A stretch of 63,676 nt of DNA, counting the filler, from Octopus bimaculoides (taxonomy: Eukaryota), in assembly GCF_001194135.2 (NCBI RefSeq). It is 9 parts of 9 records of this genome, joined end to end, with 100 filler letters (N's around TTAATTAATTAA, not from the genome) between each part and the next. Parts side by side here need not be neighbours in the genome. Positions count along the whole stretch, not along the records: positions 45,730 to 55,671 come from NW_026328017.1; positions 55,772 to 58,274 come from NC_069000.1; positions 58,375 to 62,529 come from NC_068994.1; positions 62,630 to 63,676 come from NW_026388786.1; 5 more parts are not named here. One strand, 5' to 3'. Below, one piece after another: positions 52,209 through 63,676 of the stretch. The notes beneath the pieces are model-generated. The model worked only from the letters and a program-made list of their open reading frames with translations, was not told the DNA's origin and did not search any database. A program made the translations under genes and the position numbers. The number at the start of each line of letters is the position of its first letter. The first letter of the stretch is position 1.

Positions 52209-53296
52209 TAACAAAAATACGCATAAAGTTAATCACATAGACATATACAACTGGTTTCTTTCAGTTTCCGTCTATCAAATTCACTGACAAGACTTTGGTA
52301 GGCCCGAGGTTATAGCAGAAGACACCTGCCCAAGGCGCCACGCGGTGGGACTGAACCGAGAACATGTGTTTGGGAATCAAGCTTCTTGCCGCACAGCCAT
52401 GCCTGCGCTCATAAATTGTTTATTTTTATCTAATTCTTTAGTTTTACTTACTTTTTATCATTTTTATAATTGTTTTATTTTAATTTTCTTTTTTGTTTGT
52501 TTTCTCATGTTTTTTACTTAAATCTTTTTTGTTTTTTGCGGATTTTTTTTGTTTATTTTTTTTCCTCAACTTTAATCTCTTGTCGGAATAGTTATTTTAT
52601 TTTATATAACTCAACTTTTTTTTCATCTTAACGTATCTTCGAATGCTTCTGCTGGAATTTTTCTTTAATCACTTTCGACATTTTCACATTCTTCCTACTA
52701 ATATTTCTTTTCAAAGTCTTAAACTAATGTTCTTTACATTGACTTCAACATTTGATCAATTCAAACATAAAACTCATATTTTAATCATATTAATAAATGT
52801 TGGGGGGGTTGATTCATATTTATCTCCCTTCCGTTACACATCTTTTTTTTTTCTAAACTATTTTGGTATACCCTTATCTCTTTATGTGCTTTAAGCAAGT
52901 TATTAATTTGAAACATCACTTTTAAGCCATACATCTTTCTACCCAAATAATACACTTTAGATTTACTATCTCCACAATGAGAATTTCATCTCATTCTTTT
53001 TTATTTTAACTTTACTCTCATTTTTTTATTTTTTTAATGTTTCTTTTCCATATATAACGGTTATATTGTCTCATTTATCTGTTACAATATACCTTTCAAC
53101 TCTTATCTTGTATGAACGTCTTAAAAATAGACCCCTCTTAGCTTTTTTCTTTCCAATATAACAAGTAATTCTTCGGTTTCGTAACCACACACTCACATAT
53201 ATATATATATATATTTAAATTTGTTTATAAAGACCCTTTTCTCCTTAGAAGAGAATTCTGTTTTGCAACTATCGATTATTCGTCTTCCAATGTCGT

Positions 53297-53545
53297 GTTA
53301 TTCTTTTATCTGTTTCAGCCATTTGACTGCGGCGATGCTGGAGTACCGCCTTTAGTGAATCGAATCGACCCCAGGACTTATTCTTTGTGACTTTGTAAGC
53401 GTAGTACTTATTCTATCGATTTTCTTTTGCCGAACCGCTAAGTTACGGGGACGTAAACACATCAACATTGGTTGTCAAGCGATGGGGGGGGGGATACAGA
53501 CACACAAATACACACACACATACACACATACACACACACGCGCAC

Positions 53546-53592
<47 letters not shown>

Positions 53593-53745
53593 TACGACGG
53601 GCTTCTTTCAGTTTCTCACAAGGCTTTGGTTGGCCCGAGGCTATAGTAGAAGACACTTGCCCAATGTGCCACACAGTGGGACTGAACCAGGGACCTTGTG
53701 GTTGGTAAGCAAGCTACTTACCACACAGTCACTCCTGCGCCTATG
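53297..53745 (-). mobile_element. SINE family A, full length
   Basis: Reverse complement of 8527-8933. More partial copies at about 40322, 42975, 43790-44230, 44795, 47975, 51700, 52255, 53760, 53990, 54495 and 60075. Confidence 0.88.
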
Positions 53746-54134
53746 AGCCACTCCTGTGCCTGCTAAAATTTCTGTTTGTTCTTTTACATGTTTCAGTCAT
53801 TGGACTGCGGTCATGCTGGGGCACTGGCTTGAAGAGTTAAGTCAAACAGATCGGCCCCAGTACTTATCTTAAGTCACCGACATATTTCATCGGTCTCATA
53901 TGCCAAGTCATTAATTCACAGGGGATAAACAAACCAACGCCGGTTATCAAGTGACAGTGTGTGTCGGGGTACGAACACAAACACAAAGACACGGCTGTGT
54001 GGTAAGAAGCTCGCTTCCCAATCATATGGTTCCAAATCAAGTTCCATCGCGTGACACCTTCAGAAGATGTCTTCTGCTAAAGGCTCGAGCCTATCAAAGC
54101 CTTGTGACTAGATTTGGAAACTGAAAGAAGCCTG

Positions 54135-54207
<73 letters not shown>

Positions 54208-55285
54208 TTTGTTTCCCACCACTGCTTGACAACCGGCGTTGGTATGTTTATGTCCCCCTTACTTAGTGGTTCGTTTATGTTCATTTATGTTCGTTTATGT
54301 CCCCGTTACTTAGCGGTTCGTTTACTTAGCAATATGTTTATGTTCCCCGTTACTTAGCGGTCTGATAAAATAAGAAACAGGCTTTAAAAAATAAGAACTG
54401 GGATCGATTCATTCGACCAAAAATTCTTCAAGGCAATGCCCCAGCGTGGCCTGCCTGAAACAAGTAAAAGAAAGAAAAAACATATATATGAATGGTTTAC
54501 CACACAGTTTCCGTCTCCCATATTACTTCACAGGACATTGGTTCACCCGTTGTTATGATACAAGACACTTGCCTAGTGCCGTATAGAATGATTGAACCCG
54601 AAATCTAATGGCTGCAGAGTGAGCTACTTAACCACGCAGCCATGCCTAACTTTCTGTCCTTTCGCTACTAAATTTGAAATTTCTTCAAAATCAAGCTTTC
54701 GACATTTTTTCCCTTCTTAGGTCGAATGATTACTTAAAGTAATCATTCGACTAACAAGGGGAAAAAAGTCCTGAGAATAAGTCTTAAACTATCCCCATTG
54801 TAGCTAATAACCCGCCATTTTACTTTTCATACAATACCATCAGATTCGTCGATTATGCCTTAATATATTTCCAGTTCTCATTTTCAAACTGAATTTCCTT
54901 TTACCTGGTCATTTTCTCTGCTTATTTAGGGTTTATTAAAATGTACCTAAGTTCTATCTGTTGTATAATTTTGGAGCTATGATCACCAATATATATTTTA
55001 AATTTCTTCACTTTCTTATAAACATTTACATAAGTTGACTTTTATAACCTTGGAATACTTTTATATACAATTACATATTTAAATATTGCTTCTATTATTA
55101 ATTGTGTTTATGTATTTTTATTTAAGATTTATCTCCATTGTTTTCTCCCTAAATATATACACACAATTTATTGTATTGCTTCTCCTCATATTGTTTGCTC
55201 TGTACATTCTATATTTATTTAAATACAGTATTCTGTGTGTGTACATAAGCGTCTGTAGGCCTAAGTCTTATATGTTTATTTCCGT

Positions 55286-55320
<35 letters not shown>

Positions 55321-55771
55321 TATTTGCGTGTGTGAGTGTGTGTGTAATTAGAGAAAGAAAGAGGGTTTGTTTGTTACATATATATTTATACGTTTCAATA
55401 GCAATATCAGAATAATATATATAAACCTGGCGGGTGTTTGTGTCTTTATCTATCAATTGTTTTGTAGAAATTGTATGAATTGACATTTTTGTATGCTAAT
55501 TCTCATAGCTATTGATATAATCTGTTAATATTGCCTATAGAGGTATGTTGAGATAAATATATTCAATATATACTTATGTTTATAAACGTAAATTGTTCAT
55601 TACTTGTATTTGTAGGTTAACAGTCTTGTATACTCTATAATATATTATAGATGTGTGTGTGTGTGTGTGTANNNNNNNNNNNNNNNNNNNNNNNNNNNNN
55701 NNNNNNNNNNNNNNNTTAATTAATTAANNNNNNNNNNNNNNNNNNNNNNNNNNNNNNNNNNNNNNNNNNNN

Positions 55772-55810
<39 letters not shown>

Positions 55811-56825
55811 TCTACATATATATACATGTGTGTGTGTGTGTGTGTTAGTGTGTTTAGTAAAGCACATTCACGGTTTGTGCTACCTGGTATCATCCATGTT
55901 TGGGGTATATTTCCGCTGGATCTACGTCAGGAATTTCGCAGTATTAGTGGAGATGATATGTATATTATATATATATATACACACACACACACATGTATAC
56001 ATCATATATATGTATGCGTATGTATGTGTGTGTATACTTACTTTCATACATACATACATACAGCGCTTGATTATCTATTAAGTAAAATAAGCACGTGCTT
56101 GGAGCATCAAGGCAAGTGGATCACTACACAAATGATGAATGGTTTACGGCACAAACGAAATCACTATAAACTTGCCAAAATAATATTCGAAGTGGTTTAT
56201 ATGATCGGAAATACAATTTCGAAGTGTTTATGGTGTCATGGTAAGGATCTGATCAAAAACTTCGCAATTACAAAAAAATAATCGGAGAAAATATTTAACG
56301 TATCGATAATATAGACGTATACAAAAATAAACATTATTTTCTATATTATTGTTTTGTTTCGTTTTGAAAAATAAGAATTTACCTTGTGGTTTATTGTTGT
56401 TTCTATTTTGAATTACTTATATATGGGTGGCACCAATGAGCCTAGGGTTTCTATATGTCTTAATCCGGCCATACATACATACATACATACATACATACAT
56501 ACATACATACATACATACATACATACATACGTACATACATACATACATACATAGTCATTGACTGGACGTACGTATTCTTAAAATCTTTCCACCCATAAAC
56601 GATAAGTTTATCTAGGGCTCCCGTTATCTAGAGTGTCCTTCGTTATTGAGGGACAATCGGCTCCACTTTCTAGCTAGTCACGCGTTAACGCCAGTGGCCT
56701 CATATCCTCTTTTTTTTGTGTCGGGTGGATAGCTCGGGAAGTACTAATTGTTATCCGGCCGTTTGTTATGTTGTTATATAATGAAAGCCTACACAAGTGA
56801 TGGCTGATAGTATTGAAGCAGAGTA

Positions 56826-56875
<50 letters not shown>

Positions 56876-56910
56876 TAATAATAATAATAATAATAGGCAC
56901 TCTGGTTTAC

Positions 56911-56984
56911 CTTCTTCGCCTTATTCTTAGCGTCATCAACTCCATAGTCGTTCGTTTGTTCCAGCAACACTTGCATTATAACAT
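56911..56984 (-). CDS. Candidate upstream TRPM exon, 74 bp
   Basis: Strong donor AAG|gtaaac and modest acceptor ttattacaag. Translates VIMQVLLEQTNDYGVDDAKNKAKK and ends in phase 0, fitting the FVRV exon. Weakly resembles TRPM TDA(Y/F)G...K|YVR. Short, so unproven. Confidence 0.45.
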
Positions 56985-57789
56985 CTTGTAATAAATAGCA
57001 CCGGGTCACGACAACTATGAATGAGCGACGGATTGTCTAACTGACTGGCAGGTTGGCCGGCTGGTAGGCTGACCGGCTTGCTGGCTNNNNNNNNNNNNNN
57101 NNNNNNNNNNNNNNNNNNNNNNNNNNNNNNNNNNNNNNNNNNNNNNNNNNNNNNNNNNNNNNNNNNNNNNNNNNNNNNNNNNNNNNNNNNNNNNNNNNNN
57201 NNNNNNNNNNNNNNNNNNNNNNNNNNNNNNNNNNNNNNNNNNNNNNNNNNNNNNNNNNNNNNNNNNNNNNNNNNNNNNNNNNNNNNNNNNNNNNNNNNNN
57301 NNNNNNNNNNNNNNNNNNNNNNNNNNNNNNNNNNNNNNNNNNNNNNNNNNNNNNNNNNNNNNNNNNNNNNNNNNNNNNNNNNNNNNNNNNNNNNNNNNNN
57401 NNNNNNNNNNNNNNNNNNNNNNNNNNNNNNNNNNNNNNNNNNNNNNNNNNNNNNNNNNNNNNNNNNNNNNNNNNNNNNNNNNNNNNNNNNNNNNNNNNNN
57501 NNNNNNNNNNNNNNNNNNNNNNNNNNNNNNNNNNNNNNNNNNNNNNNNNNNNNNNNNNNNNNNNNNNNNNNNNNNNNNNNNNNNNNNNNNNNNNNNNNNN
57601 NNNNNNNNNNNNNNNNNNNNNNNNNNNNNNNNNNNNNNNNNNNNNNNNNNNNNNNNNNNNNNNNNNNNNNNNNNNNNNNNNNCACAGTAGGGATTATTTA
57701 TACCTGTTGGTAATGCATTACTTTTGCTACTGGAGTGTGAGTTTGATGTGCGTGGGTTGAGGGAAACGCGCTTAAGTACAACAACAAAA

Positions 57790-57995
57790 TGAAGCTGGCT
57801 GTTCCTGCAGAGTTAAAAATTTGTGCCCGATAAATGGAGCCTGTATGACCGAGGCCATCATTTATGAAGCCACCGTAGACTCTACAACCACTAAGAACAT
57901 ATAGTTTCGTCAGAGGGTAATTCTAAAGCCAGGTTCAACAATCACACCTTAAGCTTCAGACACTGGGATAAAGGGAAAACAATCAAATTATCCAG
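57790..57995 (+). pseudogene. Naiad-type GIY-YIG fragment
   Basis: CSCRVKNLCPINGACMTEAIIYEATV..(frameshift)..ARFNNHTLSFRH..KTIKLSSY, same domain as 35342-35780. Confidence 0.8.
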
Positions 57996-58002
57996 CTATA
58001 TG

Positions 58003-58274
58003 TTGTTGTTGGCACTCCGTCGCTTACGACGTCGAGGGTTCCAGTTGATCCGATCAACGGAACAGCCTGCTAGTGATAGTGGCTTGCAAGTGGCTGAGCA
58101 CTCCACAGACACGTGTACCCTTAACGTAGTTCTCGGGGATATCCAGCGTGACACAGTGTGACAAGACTGACCCTTTGAATTACAGGCACAACAGAAACAG
58201 GAAGTAAGAGTGAGAGAAAGTTGTGGTGAAAGAGTACAGCAGGGTTCGCCACCAACCCCTGCCGGAGCCTCGTG
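58003..58274. mobile_element. Unclassified GC-richer insert interrupting the Naiad fragment
   Basis: Abrupt change after ..tccagctata, starting in (TTG)n and ending at a gap. Family unknown. Confidence 0.4.
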
Positions 58275-58380
58275 NNNNNNNNNNNNNNNNNNNNNNNNNN
58301 NNNNNNNNNNNNNNNNNNTTAATTAATTAANNNNNNNNNNNNNNNNNNNNNNNNNNNNNNNNNNNNNNNNNNNNATATAC

Positions 58381-58411
<31 letters not shown>

Positions 58412-58724
58412 GCAAATAGTATATGTCTACTGACGTATATTAATAGGTATGTACACAGAATGCTTAGATCGGCTTTGCACCAAAACTCTAGCTTAAGATG
58501 CAAATGGGAACAACGTGTTGAAATTGCCTATCCAAGGTGGCTAGAAGCGGTACCTTGATTCAGCGGGTATAAATAGACCAAAAATGGAATACAGTTATGA
58601 TAGATAAGTGCAGTATCCTTTCGTTGGAGAGTTGAAGGTAAAGCAGTACTGAAAGAGAGAGCATCAGATGACTACTAATATCCTCAATCAAGGATCTCTC
58701 TTTCTGTATTACTTTACTTTGAAC

Positions 58725-58816
58725 ATTCTGATGATGGGATACTTGGATTGTGTAAATTCATTACACATTTGCATGACCCACTTGCTCAGGTATTCCAGAA
58801 ACAGCTGTAAGAGAAT
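58725..58816 (+). ncRNA. Type I hammerhead ribozyme motif with intact catalytic core
   Basis: CTGATGA (58728-34); stem II TGGGATAC/GTATTCCA; GAAA-C-AGCT-GTA (58798-58809). Same ACAGCTGTAAGA as 34381 and 34764. Stem I is weak. Confidence 0.75.
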
Positions 58817-59907
58817 TTGCTTATCTACCATAACTGTTTTATACTTTATACTTTATTTGCACTCTTTACTATGAAGGAAATATCCCCAAGTAACGCCAAA
58901 TGCTTTGCTTGTCTGTATTCTATTTTTTATTTATTTATATATATGCATATAGACAGAGAGGGATAGAGAGAGAGAGAGAAATGAGATGAAATTTCAGTTT
59001 GAATATGATCTTTTTCATATATCTGGACTGTTTAAAAATGCTCTAGAGGTTGCTAAGCAGACTGTGGAGAAACCATATTAGTGAATATTAAGAAGATAAT
59101 AAAGGTCTAACTAGAAGCTTCTTCATACCCATCAAATATTTAAGAACATCAAAATAGAAATTTAATTTCCCTGTTTAGCAAAGTACAGTTGTTCAGAGTT
59201 CATTAAAGCTATAAATTTGCCTCTGTAGAATAAATAGGCTGTTTAGAATACCAGGTTAAAATACTTTAGAGATAGTTAAATAGAGCTTCACAAGATTCAT
59301 AATCAATGTTTGGCGCTTTGTTGGAATTAATAAGTCATAAAGTATCTCATTATGCTTGAACCAAACTGAGTTTCATTTTAATAAGTGTGATAATGCATTG
59401 CTGATTAATACAGTCCAGAATGGGAAAGCAATGAAGTTATTATCTTTGCTTAGTATTCTGGTTAATATCCTTTTATCAGAGCCTGTTTTGGTGGTTGAAA
59501 AGGAAGAAAGTATAAGGTTCAAAGTTTTATTATATGCTTATATAAATTGTAGAAAGTGGCAAGCTGGCAAAATCATTAGCATATCAAACAAAATGCTTAG
59601 TGGCATTTCTGTCAACTTTTTACATTCTGAGTTCAGATCATGCTATGGTCAACTCTGGTTTTCATCCCTTGGAGATTCATAAAAGTACAAATCAAGTACT
59701 GGGGTTGATGTAATCAACTGCCCCTTCTCCACCCAAAAATTGCTGGCCTTGAAACCTGCTATTGACTGGTTTCTTATTCAGAGGAATGTTGTGATCTTGG
59801 TCACTTATACTTTATGGAAGTCAGGTAGCCATTCTTAGGAGTCCTATGGTCATTTACAAACATCACATGATGTAAAAACAAGGGTACACAAACACACACG
59901 CTGCCCC

Positions 59908-59992
<85 letters not shown>

Positions 59993-60539
59993 ATCATTAT
60001 TTAATCAGCCTTCCAGCATGCCAGCCCAGTCAAACTGTCTAACTCATGCCAGCATGGACAATGGACGTTAAATCCACTCACAAGGTTTTGCTTGGCCCAG
60101 GAATATAGATGAAGACACTTGCTTCATGTGTCATACAGTTGGATTGAACCTAAGATCACGTGGGTAGGAAGCAAGCTGCATAGCGACACACTCACACACC
60201 ACATATATGATGAGGCTCTGCTCTGTTTTCAATCAACAAATTTTGGTCATAAGACTGGTCAGTCTTATGAGTGACTGGTCAGTCTGAGACTGCTGTCCCA
60301 AGATTTACACAATGAATTGGACTTGGAACCAGTTGGTTGCAAAGCCATATGTAAAATATCTGTCGACAAAGCAAGTATGAAAGGTACCTGAAGCAGAAGC
60401 AAGAACAGAGCCAGAAGTGACTATAAAATGTGGGCACTAACATATTGAATGTAATGAACCAAGAAGATTTAATTAATTAAAATTATACTCTTAATGATGA
60501 GAAACAATCATTATCTTGATGACTGATCCTGGTCGAGAG

Positions 60540-60810
60540 TAGTAGGGTTGTTTTTATTGTTGCTGTTGGTGGTGGTAGTGATGGTAGTGGTGGGTGGTGG
60601 TGGTAATGCGAAGGAGGTGGTGGTTGTAGTGTAGGTCGTGGGGGTGATGAAGGTGGAGATGGTAGGGGTAATTGGTGATGGTGGATGACAGTGATGGTTG
60701 CAGTGGTGATGAAAGTGTTGTTGGTGGTGGTGGTGAAGGTGTTGGTAGTGGTGGTGGTGGTGGTGGTAAAGGTCTTGGTGGTAGTGGTGGTTGTGGTATG
60801 AAGGTAGTGG
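60540..60810. repeat. (GGT)n-type low-complexity tract
   Basis: Degenerate GGT/GAT/GTT trinucleotide run. Confidence 0.85.
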
Positions 60811-60917
60811 CATGGTCACATCTCAGAATGGTAAGTCTCTCAGAAATGACAGCAAATAATAAAATAAAATGCATCCATCCCATCCAGACATGGGAAAATG
60901 GATACTAAACTGAGCAA

Positions 60918-60951
<34 letters not shown>

Positions 60952-61049
60952 CATATATGTGTGTGAGTTTGGAAGTGTATGTAAGTATGTGTATGTGAGG
61001 ATGAGAGGGACAGATTGTGTAAGTGCACATCTGTATATACATATATATA

Positions 61050-61103
<54 letters not shown>

Positions 61104-63633
61104 TATGCGTGTGCTGATTTATTTATGAGTTTGTGTGTATGTAAGAGACGGAGAGAGAGAGAAAGTACAGGTGTGTGTGTGTGTGTGTATGCGTGTATGA
61201 GAGGGGGTGAGTGTATTGAGAAAGAGTGCACATGTGCATACATGCATGTGTCTGTGCTTCACTTTTTGCTATCATTCAGTATTTTTTGCTAAGCAAAACA
61301 CTAAATTGTTGTCCATACATGAACAGCAAGTCTTAAATCAGGTAAAACACCTTCATGTAATTTAAGAGTGAAGAAGGAGAAGGAAGAGAGGAGGGTGTAG
61401 AGAAGTATTAACGTCGTAATCATCCTCATCATCATCAACATTATTATTGTTACCAACATCATTTGGTTTTTTTGTTTCACATTAATTTTTCCCATTCTGG
61501 TATGGGTTAGTATGATTTGTTTCAAAGCACTGTATTACCACTTGTCTCAATCCTTCATCACACGCACACACACACACACACACACAAACACACACACTAC
61601 AAAAACAGCAACAATCAGAACAACAAAAGAAAAACCCACTAACATTCTTGTTTCGATCTGGAGACATGGTTTTTCAGCTGTGTGCTCCATCTAGCACCAA
61701 CCACTTTACAATATGAATTGCATGTATTTTATAGGACCATTTGCATTAGAGAAGTTATCTGCACAAAGGCTAAAAAAAGGCCCCACTATTCTCTAGAATA
61801 TCCTCAATGAATCACAGAGTTCATATCCCCATTCTTTCACCTCCACCTTTTTCCCTTGAATTCTGCAGCTATATGTCCTTCATACTATTAACCACTTTGC
61901 AGTATGAACTGGGTACGTTTTTGTGCCACTGGCATTAGTTCATACCTTGAGCACTCCCTCTTTTATTTATACTCCTAAACATTATTATATATATGTGTAA
62001 CAGTGTCTGTACAAGCGTACACATATATTTATATGTAGACATACATACATATACTCACACTGGGATTTCATTTGTTTTGTAGACTGCTATTATTTTTTAA
62101 AATATATATATACAATTTGGATGCATTTGTACCTGTCTCCTCTCCTTTCTCTTATCAAAGAATCTTCTTCAAGCATTCACCATTTTTACCTTGTCTGTGC
62201 CAAATGGCCTTCCTTGTTTGTATTCATTTCATTTAGTTTGTTTTACATCCTATTTTTGTTACCAACTTTGACCCTCCATAAATCCCAAATATATTTATTT
62301 CGTTTCGTGGGAGCAACTGCCTTCAAAGTCTAATCTTGTTGCTTGAAATAAAGAATAGAAGGACAGCCAACAACTGATGAAGGCTCATTTTTTTATGTTA
62401 CTTATTTTGTTTTCCATTTGTTTCTCTTGTTTTTTGCATACCCTACATTATTTTCATATTTCATGTTTGTTTACATTTTTGTGACGTCCTGTACTGATAT
62501 ATGCATATATATATATATATATATATATANNNNNNNNNNNNNNNNNNNNNNNNNNNNNNNNNNNNNNNNNNNNTTAATTAATTAANNNNNNNNNNNNNNN
62601 NNNNNNNNNNNNNNNNNNNNNNNNNNNNNATATATATATATAGCATATATATAGCATATACATATATGTGTGTGTGTATACACGTGTATGTATGTATAAG
62701 TGTAATATACATATATCTGTTTGTATGTATTATTAATCCTTTAAATACCAAATATATTTGGACATTGAACTGGCTTCATATGATCTTCTTTGAATCAGTT
62801 ATAACCTCTACAGCCTATATCGTTTATTCTTTCCTTCGTTTTCTCAGAAGCACATATACATATATACACATTTGTGTATAGCATATATAGATGAATGTAT
62901 GCCATATATTTAGTATATGCATACATATGTAGATACATAAGTACATGCACACGCACATTGATACTCATGCGTACATACATCTACATAAGTATATATGAGT
63001 GTGTGTGGGCCTCTGTATGCTTGTGTAGGTGTGGGTACGGGTAGATTATTGCATGTCATATTATTTCTGTTTCCCACAACGTCTATGTTTACGTAAAATA
63101 ATGAAGCATTTAATTACTGCTCAATCGACCCTGGTACATGAATGCTACTTTATTTTATCGATCCTAAAACAATGATAGGCAAAGTTGATTTCTGAGGGAA
63201 ACATTAAAGCACGAATGAAGAGACAAAGTGTGATATAATGTCGCTGAAACTATAGATGAATTTTTTTTTTCTGCCTGATAAGAGGAATTGTAAGATTGGT
63301 AGGGTGTAAAGCGATTGTTATCACGGAAATTATTCAGCAGAAAATATACTAAAGAAGGTGGTAGGGAATAATAAGATGTCAGAGAAAGACAGAAACAAAA
63401 AAAGGAAACTGACAGACTGAGAAAAAGTGAGAGGGGGAGGAACGAGTGGAGAAAGAGAACAAAAATGAGAGATATAAATGATAGAGAGAGAGAGAGACGG
63501 AGAGAAAGATAGAGAGAAGCTATGCAGCGGAAGAACAATGAAAAGAGAAGAGAAGTAATGAAATGAAAACACAGAGAAACAAATCTATTAATGATGATGA
63601 TGATAATATCCATAATAACAAAAACGTTACAAG

Positions 63634-63676
<43 letters not shown>

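Noticed and set aside
60511-60908. His/Pro/Gly-rich ORFs and possible G-quadruplex
   Set aside because: Degenerate (GGT)n low-complexity sequence with only two-G runs and no splice or coding evidence.
1-63676. rRNA, bona fide tRNA genes, CRISPR arrays, prokaryotic or viral genes
   Set aside because: None seen; tRNA-like sequence occurs only as SINE heads.

Overview
An AT-rich, microsatellite-dense metazoan scaffold. The SINE families, simple repeats and TTAATTAATTAA gap linkers suggest an Octopus assembly (inference, not a database result). The only host gene I can support is a TRPM-family cation channel on the minus strand. It has two solid exons, 27398-27218 and 19394-19231, which join in phase and encode the N-terminal SLOG/MHR1-2 region. 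A weaker candidate upstream exon lies at 56984-56911. Nearly everything else is decayed mobile DNA: Helitrons, a Tc1, piggyBac and Merlin-type MITEs, RTE and R4/Dong LINEs, at least four Penelope-like (PLE) remnants, and two tRNA-type SINE families. I found no unambiguous new protein-coding system. The best leads are: (1) about seven PLE-type minimal hammerhead ribozyme motifs, one with an intact catalytic core at 58725-58816; (2) a same-strand nest of R4/Dong LINE ends in (TAA)n tracts, plus a 402-bp non-coding TAA-flanked element that may use their machinery; (3) several long fold-back hairpins; and (4) non-canonical acidic residues in the TRPM glycine-rich loops. Element boundaries are read by eye and are approximate unless a TSD, TIR or splice site is cited.
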